52,915 bases of DNA from Flavobacterium sp. (GTDB taxonomy: Bacteria > Bacteroidota > Bacteroidia > Flavobacteriales > Flavobacteriaceae): assembly GCA_044374815.1 (NCBI GenBank), contig JBILNU010000001.1, forward strand, positions 1 through 52,915, written 5' to 3'. Shown piece after piece: positions 17,698-26,751 of the stretch. The notes below the pieces were generated by a model, which searched no databases, was not told where the DNA came from, and saw only the letters and a list, made by a program, of their open reading frames with translations. Each line of letters begins with the position of its first letter. Positions within the stretch are counted from its first letter, which is position 1. Position numbers and translations under genes: made by a program.

Positions 17698-19863
17698 TTA
17701 GAATTTTAATGTCATACCCACCAAGAAATTCCGCCCTGCTTGTGGATAATAATAAGGATAAATGTCAAACATATATCCATTTGAACTGTATTTTTTACTT
17801 AAAATATTGTTACACAAACCGGTAAATACAATCGATTTGAAAATCGATTTAGGATAAATTTGATAAGATAGATTTAGATCATTAACAAAATAATTAGGCA
17901 GTTTTGCCTCATTTAATTCGATGTTATTTAAATATTGATCTCCAACAAACTTTGATAATAATGCAACTTGCAATCTTTCAGTTGGTTGGTAAATCAAGAT
18001 ATTTCCTGCTAATATATTTGGAGAATAAGCTATATTTTTATTTCCAAAATTTACGCCTTCTACATTTAAATCAACATTTTTATTTTCGCTCAAGGTTACA
18101 TTAGGACGAATACTTAGTTGTTTAGAAAGTGCAATGGTTGCATCAATTTCCAAACCTAAACGATAACTTTTTTCACTATTTGAACGAATTGGATTTCCTA
18201 CAGCATCTAAATTTCCTGTAAGAATTAACTGATTCTGGTAGGCCATATAATAAATATTTGCGTTCCATTGTATCTTCTTATCTGTAAATCGCCAACCTAA
18301 TTCGTAATCATCCAATTTTTCTGGTTTCACAGTACCGCCTTCATAGTCTGTTCTATTTGGTTCTCTATTTGCTCTAGCAAACGAAAAGTAGACAGTACTC
18401 TTTGAGTTTGCTTTATAAGTAATTCCTGCTTTTGGATTAATAAAATTAAAAGAATCATTTACTTCTCCAGCTGCAACTCCATTGGCTTGATATTGAACTT
18501 GACGGAATTGCAAATCGCCATACAAACTCAATTTTGGAGTCAATTGATAATTTATTTTTGCAAATAGATTACCATCGTTTTTGTTTCCATAATAATCATA
18601 ATATTTATCTCCTAATTCAGAAGTAGAAGCATATCTCGCCCAAATTACCTCTCCAAAGTGTTTTCCTTTATATTGGTTATAAGCACCGCCTAAAATAAAA
18701 TCTACTTTATCATCTTTGTAATTTGCAGAAAAAGTAGTTCCATAAAAGTCATTATCCAACCACTTTTGTCGAATTAAATCGGTTGCATCAATCGTTGCAC
18801 CATTAACAACAATTGGTGTTAAACCATAATCGAAAAAACTTTGGCTGTTTTGGTATTCTTCATAATATCCTTTCCCTTTGGTATAATGAAGTGCCAAATT
18901 GGTATTCCATTTGCTAGAAAATTTTTCATTCCAATGCAATTGATAATTATCTTGTTGATAATTATCGGTTTGGTTATCATAAAAACGCGTATTTCCAAAA
19001 GCATCGGTATACATTCCTGCAAAATTAAAGGTTCGGTCCACATTCATGGTTTCACTATCTATACCATACCAAGATTGGTATGTTTTTTCTTTACCACCAA
19101 AAAGAAGCGCTTTTATTAAGGTAGTTTTACCAACATAGGTGGCTTGTAAAAAATGCGAATTTAAATTAGAAGAAGCTCTATCAATATATCCATCAGAGTT
19201 TATTTGAGATAAGCGCCCAGCAATTTCAAAGTGGTCGTTCAGCAATCCGGTGCTAAATTTCACTGTATTTTTTATTGTATTAAAACTTCCTACAGAATTG
19301 GAAATTTCTCCACTGCTATTCTTAGAATAGGAATCGGTATACATATTAAGGCTGGCGCCAAATGCACCGGCACCATTTGTTGAAGTTCCAACCCCGCGTT
19401 GTAACTGTAAGCTCTCTACGGATGAAGCAAAATCTGGTAAATTAACAAAAAAAGTGCCATTACTTTCTGAATCGTTGTATGGAATTCCGTTAATAGTTAC
19501 ATTTACCCTTGTGGCATCAGTTCCGCGGACACGAATTCCCGTATATCCGACACCATTTCCTGCATCGGAAGTCGTAACTACCGAAGGCATAAAGTTCATT
19601 AATATTGGAATGTCTTGCCCTAAATTGCGAGATTGAAAATCTTTATTGGATAAGTTACTAAAACTAACCGGTGCTTTTTCAGTAGCACGAACCGCTGAAA
19701 CAAGTACTTCATCTAACTTCTTAGCTTTAATTGAGTCATTTGATTTTTCTTGACTGAAAGTGAGAAAAGAAAATAGAAAAAAGAAAGTGGAAAATAAAGC
19801 TGAACGATTAATTTTATGCTTTTTCCTGCCTTTTAGGCGAATTTGTTTTAATGAAATTTCCAT
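17698..19863 (-). CDS. TonB-dependent receptor, probably for thiamine
   Basis: LDEVLVSA TonB-box-like motif; plug IRVRG..RVNVTINGIP; C-terminal F; lies downstream of a TPP riboswitch. Confidence 0.9.
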   Translation of the reverse strand: MEISLKQIRLKGRKKHKINRSALFSTFFFLFSFLTFSQEKSNDSIKAKKLDEVLVSAVRATEKAPVSFSNLSNKDFQSRNLGQDIPILMNFMPSVVTTSDAGNGVGYTGIRVRGTDATRVNVTINGIPYNDSESNGTFFVNLPDFASSVESLQLQRGVGTSTNGAGAFGASLNMYTDSYSKNSSGEISNSVGSFNTIKNTVKFSTGLLNDHFEIAGRLSQINSDGYIDRASSNLNSHFLQATYVGKTTLIKALLFGGKEKTYQSWYGIDSETMNVDRTFNFAGMYTDAFGNTRFYDNQTDNYQQDNYQLHWNEKFSSKWNTNLALHYTKGKGYYEEYQNSQSFFDYGLTPIVVNGATIDATDLIRQKWLDNDFYGTTFSANYKDDKVDFILGGAYNQYKGKHFGEVIWARYASTSELGDKYYDYYGNKNDGNLFAKINYQLTPKLSLYGDLQFRQVQYQANGVAAGEVNDSFNFINPKAGITYKANSKSTVYFSFARANREPNRTDYEGGTVKPEKLDDYELGWRFTDKKIQWNANIYYMAYQNQLILTGNLDAVGNPIRSNSEKSYRLGLEIDATIALSKQLSIRPNVTLSENKNVDLNVEGVNFGNKNIAYSPNILAGNILIYQPTERLQVALLSKFVGDQYLNNIELNEAKLPNYFVNDLNLSYQIYPKSIFKSIVFTGLCNNILSKKYSSNGYMFDIYPYYYPQAGRNFLVGMTLKF

Positions 19864-19957
19864 CCGTAAAATTTTTACGAATAAAAAGAGGTAATTATTC
19901 TTGGTTATAAAATGTTTGTTTCCTATGACTGTATATAGCGTGCACTCTATATGTCAT

Positions 19958-20034
19958 TTTTTCCCTTAGCAGCATTACCTGCTCAGGTTCATTGGGTATA
20001 ATCTCAGCTCGTTATTTAGAGCACCCCTTTTGAG
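19958..20034 (-). ncRNA. TPP riboswitch
   Basis: Minus strand AGGGGTGC..GCTGAGA.TATACCC.ATGAACCTGA.CAGGTAATGCTG..AGGGA matches the THI-box consensus; promoter TATATTTG at 20041-20048. Confidence 0.93.
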
Positions 20035-20084
20035 ACAGTACAAATATATTAAAATCCTATTTAAATTATCAAGTTTGAAAAAAA

Positions 20085-21695
20085 TTAATTTCCCGATTGA
20101 TGTGCCGGTTTTAATAAATCATTCACCGTTTTCACCGGATTAAAAGTAAACAAAGGAACTTCCACAAAAATGGTTAACCATTTGGCCATAGCGCCATTCC
20201 AAAGTCCTGGTAATTCATATGCTTTAAGTGGCTTGCCATTATTGTTTTTTTCTACAATAAACCCTGTATTATGATCAATAAATTGTGTTAAATTAAATTG
20301 ATCCCCTTTATAATTTTTAGTGCCACAAACTAAATCTACTGGGTTAAAATGTGTAGCTCTTTCAAGTAGTTTGGTTTGATCTGCATCAATTTGAGAGGAT
20401 TCAATTATTTGTAAAAAAGTATTTCCTTTTTGATCTCTTACCCAAAAAGGACCTCCTCCAGGTTCTCCTTCATTTTTTACCATTCCGCAAACGCGAATTG
20501 GTCTATTTAATATTGTATGAAGGTATTCTATTTTATTTTCCTTAGTGTATTTTGAAAAATCTTCGGTTGTAGCAATTTTTAAATTAGTTTCTAAAAAATC
20601 TACAATTTCATTTAAATTTTCAGTATTTACATCATTACTGTCTAAAAGTTTTAAATATTCAAATATACTTTCCTGAAGTTGGATAAGTTTTCCCGCCAAT
20701 GCCTTTTTGTATAGTGAAACCTCTAGAATATGATTTTGAATCACATTGTCTATGTTTTTAATAAAAATAACATCAGCTATTAGATTATTTAGATTATCAA
20801 TTAAAGCTCCATGTCCTCCTGGACGAAAAACCAATTGATTTTTGTTATCTCGAAACGGTTTTCCTTCCAAATCAACAGCAATTACATCTGTTGCTTTATC
20901 TTGATAGGAATATTTTACATTTATTGAAATGTTATTTTGGATTTCTAATTTGTTTTTAATACTGCAAATTAAGGCCTCAAATTCATTTTGATGCTCTTGA
21001 GAGACTGTGAAGTGCACATACGACTCATTGTTAATTCCAGCATAAAAAACACATTCGTTAAGATGTTCTTCAATTGCTGTTGCAATGTGGTTATTTGCAT
21101 ATTTATGAAATGGTAAAACTCCTTTTGGTTTATTTGCAAAATTATGATGAGAAGGAGATAACATTGCATTTATAAAAGCATAATCTTGTTGGTCTTTACT
21201 GCAATTGTTGAAATTAGGGGTTACTATTTTAGCGTTTTCCAGTACTGAATCATAAAAAGCAAACTTTTCTTTAGCAACTAAAAAAATAGGTAAATTTTTG
21301 TCTTTTTTTCTATTAATATATGCATTAATAGTTTCTTCATTTGGCTTATAATCATTAATAAATTCTGTTAAAAATTTAAACATTCTACTTGCCGCACCAG
21401 ATGCAGGAACAAATTTTTTAATTTTTAAATTTTTCTTTTTTTCTTCAAAATAATTCGCAAAATAATTTGCTTCTTCTTCTGAGAGCGCCTCAATTCCATC
21501 ATTTAAAACGGCAGGTCTATCTATATTTATTTTTGGTAAGCCATTTTTTAGAACTTGAAATTGATCTGCAACAGTATTTAAGTCAATTTTTCGCTTTGTA
21601 ATTTCAATAAAATCATTTGAATTAAAGCCTAATTCTTGAGCTTTTGTGTAATCAGAGATTATTTGATTTGATTTTTGTTTAAGATTTTCTTCCAT
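20085..21695 (-). CDS. DUF4301 family protein (nucleotidyltransferase/GT-A-like)
   Basis: KFVPASGAASRMFK, PKG.LPFH, FRPGGHGAL, FIKNIDN, GEPGGGPFW, THFNPVD, ELPGLWNG, FNPVKTV.DLL. Confidence 0.85.
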   Translation of the reverse strand: MEENLKQKSNQIISDYTKAQELGFNSNDFIEITKRKIDLNTVADQFQVLKNGLPKINIDRPAVLNDGIEALSEEEANYFANYFEEKKKNLKIKKFVPASGAASRMFKFLTEFINDYKPNEETINAYINRKKDKNLPIFLVAKEKFAFYDSVLENAKIVTPNFNNCSKDQQDYAFINAMLSPSHHNFANKPKGVLPFHKYANNHIATAIEEHLNECVFYAGINNESYVHFTVSQEHQNEFEALICSIKNKLEIQNNISINVKYSYQDKATDVIAVDLEGKPFRDNKNQLVFRPGGHGALIDNLNNLIADVIFIKNIDNVIQNHILEVSLYKKALAGKLIQLQESIFEYLKLLDSNDVNTENLNEIVDFLETNLKIATTEDFSKYTKENKIEYLHTILNRPIRVCGMVKNEGEPGGGPFWVRDQKGNTFLQIIESSQIDADQTKLLERATHFNPVDLVCGTKNYKGDQFNLTQFIDHNTGFIVEKNNNGKPLKAYELPGLWNGAMAKWLTIFVEVPLFTFNPVKTVNDLLKPAHQSGN

Positions 21696-22276
21696 TCTTT
21701 ATATGCTAAAACAGCTAAAATTGTAAAAATAATATATTGTAAAGATAACATTCCTATGCCTCTATAGGCAAATAAAGGAACTACAATCACGTCGCCAATA
21801 ATCCATAGGGTCCAGTTTTCGATTTTTTTTAGGGCCATGTACCACATAGCTGTAAAAAATATTCCTGAAGTAAAAATATCAATATAATTAGGAATTTCGA
21901 GTGAATAATCAAAAAATTTATATACCGCGAAAGTAATTCCGATAGTAAAGAAAAATAAGAAAATGCCTATGAGTTTTTCTTTGCTATTGGTATTGGTAAT
22001 ACTTAAATCTTTTTGAATTGATTTAGAACTCCAATTATACCAACCGTAAATACTCATGATTGAATAATAAAAATTCATAATCATATCTCCAAAGTAGCGC
22101 GCTTGATATAATAAATAAACGGTAATTACTGTAGAAATTAACCCCGTTGGGTACACTAAAATATTTTCATTTTTTGCAAAATAAACGCTTATAATTCCGA
22201 ATACAAAAGCTAAAATCTCCAATATGATTTGAAGTGAGGAAGCATTTTTATATTGAGAAATAAAGAATTCTATCAT
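21659..22276 (-). CDS. pnuC: Pnu-type vitamin transporter (PnuC/PnuT)
   Basis: Multiple TM segments; YGWYNW; KKIENWTLWIIGD (WxxW); substrate uncertain. Confidence 0.88.
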   Translation of the reverse strand: MIEFFISQYKNASSLQIILEILAFVFGIISVYFAKNENILVYPTGLISTVITVYLLYQARYFGDMIMNFYYSIMSIYGWYNWSSKSIQKDLSITNTNSKEKLIGIFLFFFTIGITFAVYKFFDYSLEIPNYIDIFTSGIFFTAMWYMALKKIENWTLWIIGDVIVVPLFAYRGIGMLSLQYIIFTILAVLAYKEWKKILNKNQIK

Positions 22277-22302
22277 AAAAGAAATGAAAATAAATTAGTA
22301 TG

Positions 22303-22929
22303 CTAATGAATATAAGCACAGACATAAATGTAATTATCAATAAAATTAAATACTACATTATAGTTTTCAATTTCAGAATTAAAACGCAATTGTGCTTTAG
22401 TTATTTTGTCTTCCAAATTAAATTTTTTTTCAAAAATATGATTAGTAAAACTAATTCCTTCTATACTTTTAATTTTGAAGATGCTCTCTTTAATTCCCCA
22501 AATAACAGTTGCTTTTTGAATTTTTTCTATATCGGATAAATTTTCTAAATGGGAAACATCCATAAATCGGGAAGCAATTTTTAATGTCTTTTCTTTTACC
22601 ATTTCTAAATCGATCCCAATTGAATGTGTGCTTACAGCAATTGCTGAAAATTCATGAGAATGAGAAATAGAAATGTATTTATCGTCTTTTAAATAGGGCT
22701 TTCCCTTGGCGTCGTATTCCAAATCAAAATCGTTGTATCCAAGATGTTGTAATAACATTCGTACTGCCAAAAATCCTTTTTGATGGCTTTCCGATTTCAT
22801 CGAATTGATTCTCTTTTGTGAAGAGTTATTTAATTCAACGACATCTGTAAACCATTCCAAATCTTCGGTTATTTTCCAAAGATATAGAGTAGTAGTATGA
22901 TTAATTATAACTTCTTTGTATAAAGGCAT
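22303..22929 (-). CDS. 4'-phosphopantetheinyl transferase (Sfp-type)
   Basis: GKPYL, ISISHS, IGIDLE, WGIKESIFK. Confidence 0.9.
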   Translation of the reverse strand: MPLYKEVIINHTTTLYLWKITEDLEWFTDVVELNNSSQKRINSMKSESHQKGFLAVRMLLQHLGYNDFDLEYDAKGKPYLKDDKYISISHSHEFSAIAVSTHSIGIDLEMVKEKTLKIASRFMDVSHLENLSDIEKIQKATVIWGIKESIFKIKSIEGISFTNHIFEKKFNLEDKITKAQLRFNSEIENYNVVFNFIDNYIYVCAYIH

Positions 22930-23053
22930 TTAGTATTTTATTGTTTTACAGTGGCTTAAGAACATAAACATTTCATAAATTTCAAAATAAATTATTAAAA
23001 TCGAAACCTATGTTGTAATTTTGCGCCAAATTAAAAACAAATATACATAATAG

Positions 23054-24370
23054 ATGAGTACACAAACATTACCTTATGTAGCTTTTAAAGTGAAAGATAT
23101 TTCGCTTGCAGCTTGGGGAAGAAAAGAAATCGAATTGGCTGAAGCAGAAATGCCGGGTTTAATGGCGTTGAGAGCAGAATACAAAAACGAACAACCGCTA
23201 AAAGGTGCTCGTATTGCAGGATGTTTACACATGACCATACAAACTGCTGTATTAATTGAAACTTTAATTGCTCTTGGTGCAGAAGTTACATGGTCATCTT
23301 GTAATATTTTCTCAACACAGGATCAAGCCGCTGCTGCTATTGCTGCTGCTGGTATACAAGTTTATGCTTGGAAAGGTTTGAACGAAGTAGATTTTGATTG
23401 GTGTATTGAGCAAACTTTATTCTTTGGTGAAGATAGAAAACCATTAAACATGATTTTGGATGATGGTGGAGATTTAACTAATATGGTTATTGATAGATAC
23501 CCTCACTTAGTTGCTGGAATTAAAGGATTATCTGAAGAAACTACAACTGGAGTTCACAGATTATATGAAAGAGTAAAAGCGGGAACTTTACCAATGCCTG
23601 CAATTAATGTTAATGATTCGGTTACTAAATCTAAATTTGACAACAAATACGGTTGTAAAGAATCGGCAGTAGATGCTGTTCGAAGAGCTACTGACTTAAT
23701 GTTGGCTGGAAAAAGAGTAATTGTTTGTGGATATGGTGATGTTGGAAAAGGAACTGCGGCTTCTTTTAGAGGTGCTGGTTCTATTGTAACAGTTACTGAA
23801 ATTGATCCTATTTGTGCTCTTCAAGCAGCAATGGACGGATTTGAAGTGAAAAAATTAAACACTGTTATTGGAACTGCTGATATTATTGTAACTACAACTG
23901 GTAATAAAGATATCGTTTTAGGTTCTCATTTTGAGAAAATGAAAGACAAAACGGTTGTTTGTAATATTGGTCACTTTGACAATGAAATTGACATGGCTTG
24001 GTTAAACAAAAATTTTGGTCACACCAAAAATGAAGTAAAACCTCAAGTTGATATCTATAATGTTAACGGAAATGACATTATCATCTTAGCTGAAGGTCGT
24101 TTGGTTAACTTAGGATGTGCTACAGGTCACCCAAGTTTTGTTATGAGTAACTCCTTTACAAACCAAACTTTAGCTCAAATTGAATTATGGAATAACAGTG
24201 CTGCATACAATAATGAAGTGTATATGTTGCCAAAACATTTGGATGAAAAAGTAGCAAAATTACACTTAGCTAAATTGGGAGTAGAATTAGAAACTTTACG
24301 TCAAGATCAAGCAGAGTATATTGGTGTAGCTGTTGAAGGTCCATTCAAACCAGAATACTACAGATACTAA
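23054..24370 (+). CDS. ahcY: Adenosylhomocysteinase
   Basis: [49 protein letters not shown]; TAATTTTG promoter at 23016-23023. Confidence 0.98.
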   Translation: MSTQTLPYVAFKVKDISLAAWGRKEIELAEAEMPGLMALRAEYKNEQPLKGARIAGCLHMTIQTAVLIETLIALGAEVTWSSCNIFSTQDQAAAAIAAAGIQVYAWKGLNEVDFDWCIEQTLFFGEDRKPLNMILDDGGDLTNMVIDRYPHLVAGIKGLSEETTTGVHRLYERVKAGTLPMPAINVNDSVTKSKFDNKYGCKESAVDAVRRATDLMLAGKRVIVCGYGDVGKGTAASFRGAGSIVTVTEIDPICALQAAMDGFEVKKLNTVIGTADIIVTTTGNKDIVLGSHFEKMKDKTVVCNIGHFDNEIDMAWLNKNFGHTKNEVKPQVDIYNVNGNDIIILAEGRLVNLGCATGHPSFVMSNSFTNQTLAQIELWNNSAAYNNEVYMLPKHLDEKVAKLHLAKLGVELETLRQDQAEYIGVAVEGPFKPEYYRY

Positions 24371-24387
24371 TCAAGCATTAAGAAAAT

Positions 24388-24419
24388 AAAAAGCCCTTGC
24401 AAATGCAAGGGCTTTTTTT
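24388..24419. terminator. Bidirectional intrinsic terminator (ahcY/bioA)
   Basis: AAAAAGCCCTTGCA-aa-TGCAAGGGCTTTTT. Confidence 0.92.
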
Positions 24420-24425
24420 ATAAAA

Positions 24426-25697
24426 TTATATTATTTCTAATGCATCCTCGATAGTTTGATAGACTTTTTGCAATTGGCAATTAGTAATTACATATGGAGG
24501 TAATACATAAACAACATTTCCTACAGGGCGCAAAATCACTCCGTTTTCTATAAAGAAATAATATAATTTATTTCGAAGGGTGCCGTAATAACTTTCTTTT
24601 TTATCTGATTTTATTTCGAGTGCAAATATTACTCCTAGTACCCGTGTGGTTCTTACTTTAGGATGATTCTTTATTTTGTTTTCAAAATCCAAATGGCAAT
24701 GGTTAACCCTCTTTATATTTGTTTGCATTTCGGGCATTTGCAATAATTCCAAACTGGCTAGAGCCGCTGCGCAACCTGTCGGATTAGCTGTAAACGTATG
24801 CCCATGGAATAAAGCTTTGTTAATATCATAATCGTAAAATCCGTCGTATATTTCTTGCGTAAAAGTGGTAATTGCCATTGGAATGGTGCCACCAGTTAAG
24901 GCTTTTGACAAGCACATCATGTCAGGTTTATTTAATAAATAATCAGTTGCAAAATTCCTTCCAGTTTTACCAAAACCTGTCATGACTTCGTCGGCAATAG
25001 TAAAAACAGAATGGACTTTGCACAACGCAATCATTTTATCTAAAACTTCTGGCGAATACATTACCATTCCAGCTGCACCTAGAACTAATGGCTCAAATAT
25101 AAAGGCGGCAAATTCGTTGGTTTTTAAAAGTTTTTCTAGAACTTGAACTAATTTATCTTCGTTACCTATGGTTGGAATTGGAATGCGAACCACTTCTAAA
25201 AGTGAACCTTTGAATGCCTCTGTAAAAAAAGTAATTCCACTAGTAGCCATTGCTCCAAATGTATCTCCATGAAAAGCATCTTCAAAAGCTATAATTTTGG
25301 TTTTTTTTATTCCTTTATTATAATTGTATTGTAATGCTGTTTTTATTGCAACTTCGACGGCAGTAGAACCATTATCTGAATAAAATAGCTTCCTTTGATT
25401 GGAAGGTAAAATTTCAATTAATTTCTCAGACAACACCACCGCAGGTTCGTGTGTGAATCCGCCAAAAAGAACATGTTCTAAAGAAGTTAATTGCTTGTAA
25501 ATGGCATCGGCAATATACTTATTGGAATGACCGTAGGGATTTACCCACCAAGAAGCAATCGCATCAATATATTCTTTCCCGTTTTCATCCCACAACAAAG
25601 CTCCTTGTCCTTTGGTGATAGCAACAGCAGGGGAAGCCGTTTTATGCTGAGTATACGGATGCCAATTGTGTTTTTGATCTCTTTGGGAAAGGCTCAT
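24426..25697 (-). CDS. bioA: Adenosylmethionine-8-amino-7-oxononanoate aminotransferase
   Basis: WHPYTQ, SWWV..GH, DNGSTAVEVA.K, DEVMTGFG, SKALTGG, HGHTF. Confidence 0.97.
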   Translation of the reverse strand: MSLSQRDQKHNWHPYTQHKTASPAVAITKGQGALLWDENGKEYIDAIASWWVNPYGHSNKYIADAIYKQLTSLEHVLFGGFTHEPAVVLSEKLIEILPSNQRKLFYSDNGSTAVEVAIKTALQYNYNKGIKKTKIIAFEDAFHGDTFGAMATSGITFFTEAFKGSLLEVVRIPIPTIGNEDKLVQVLEKLLKTNEFAAFIFEPLVLGAAGMVMYSPEVLDKMIALCKVHSVFTIADEVMTGFGKTGRNFATDYLLNKPDMMCLSKALTGGTIPMAITTFTQEIYDGFYDYDINKALFHGHTFTANPTGCAAALASLELLQMPEMQTNIKRVNHCHLDFENKIKNHPKVRTTRVLGVIFALEIKSDKKESYYGTLRNKLYYFFIENGVILRPVGNVVYVLPPYVITNCQLQKVYQTIEDALEII

Positions 25698-25718
25698 TAC
25701 GATTTTTGATTTTTGAAT

Positions 25719-26336
25719 CTATAGTTTTAATAAATTATCACGGAATTCATCGGCATAATACTGAATCACATTAGCATCAAAGTAAGGCTCTTCCTCTATT
25801 CTTCCAATGAATTTGGCTTTTGTTTTGGCCAATAGTATAGCTTCCGTTGATTTATTTTCTCCTCCCGAAAATAGAATTCCGGCGATTGGTATGTTTCTAT
25901 TTTTTAATGCTTCAAATGACAACAAAGTGTGATTGATGCTGCCTAAATAATGTCGGGATACCAAAATAACTTTATACTCCTTCTGAATTAAATCGATAAT
26001 ACAATCGGTATCATTTAAAGGAACTAGCAATCCTCCGGCACCTTCAATAACTAAATGATTTTTGGTTTTTGGCTCGTTAATTTGTTTGATGTCAATTGAA
26101 GCTCCATCAATCGCTGCAGCCAAATGCGGACTTGCAGGCGTATTTAGTTTGTAGCTGTTTGAGTGAATTTGGGTTTTATTATTCGAAATGTATTTTTGAA
26201 TTTTATGACTATCCGAATTGTCTAGATCTCCTGCTTGAATGGGTTTCCAATAGTCTGCTTCCAATGCCTGCGTAATGATTGCAGCAGCTATGGTTTTGCC
26301 AACGTCGGTTCCGATTCCTGTGATGAATAGTTTCAT
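25719..26336 (-). CDS. bioD: Dethiobiotin synthase
   Basis: FITGIGTDVGKT, WKPIQAG, EGAGG, LGSINHT. Confidence 0.97.
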   Translation of the reverse strand: MKLFITGIGTDVGKTIAAAIITQALEADYWKPIQAGDLDNSDSHKIQKYISNNKTQIHSNSYKLNTPASPHLAAAIDGASIDIKQINEPKTKNHLVIEGAGGLLVPLNDTDCIIDLIQKEYKVILVSRHYLGSINHTLLSFEALKNRNIPIAGILFSGGENKSTEAILLAKTKAKFIGRIEEEPYFDANVIQYYADEFRDNLLKL

Positions 26337-26747
26337 TTAGTTAAATTCAAATTTACAATTTTGACATTTGTATTTGTATTTCGTATGAAATGGAAAAATA
26401 CTTATTAGTGCTGAAAAAACAAATAATAAAAATGATTTGATGTCTTTAACCGTGGTCATCATTTCTATTTTTTCGGCATTACATTTCGGACACTTAATGA
26501 GTTGATTGTTATCGTCTAGAGAAAACGGACTGATTTGAGATAAAATTTGGTTCGCTGCATCTGCATCTTCATTGTTAACGTATAATTTCACTCCTCCAAC
26601 GGCATTGCTATAAAGTGGATTTGCATCTATTGTTGCGCCATCTCTCATAAATACTTCAATACCCTCCGACTCTAATTTACCTTTATAAATCATAGCTTCC
26701 GAAGAATACTGAAATCTTCCAATTAGAGTAAATAAAGAGTTTTCCAT
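26337..26747 (-). CDS. DUF2007-like protein with C-terminal zinc ribbon and TM segment
   Basis: KLESEGI, AVGGVKL.V...D, CPKC...CQNC; start MENSLF preferred (ORF track gives 26762). Confidence 0.75.
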   Translation of the reverse strand: MENSLFTLIGRFQYSSEAMIYKGKLESEGIEVFMRDGATIDANPLYSNAVGGVKLYVNNEDADAANQILSQISPFSLDDNNQLIKCPKCNAEKIEMMTTVKDIKSFLLFVFSALISIFPFHTKYKYKCQNCKFEFN

Positions 26748-26751
26748 AGTT

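Noticed and set aside
10387-22929. PKS or secondary-metabolite cluster from the KS and Sfp-type PPTase
   Set aside because: The two genes are about 11 kb apart among housekeeping genes, with no ACP, AT or tailoring enzymes
22930-23053. SAH/SAM riboswitch upstream of ahcY
   Set aside because: The promoter box is about 30 nt from the ATG and the leader is A-rich and unstructured
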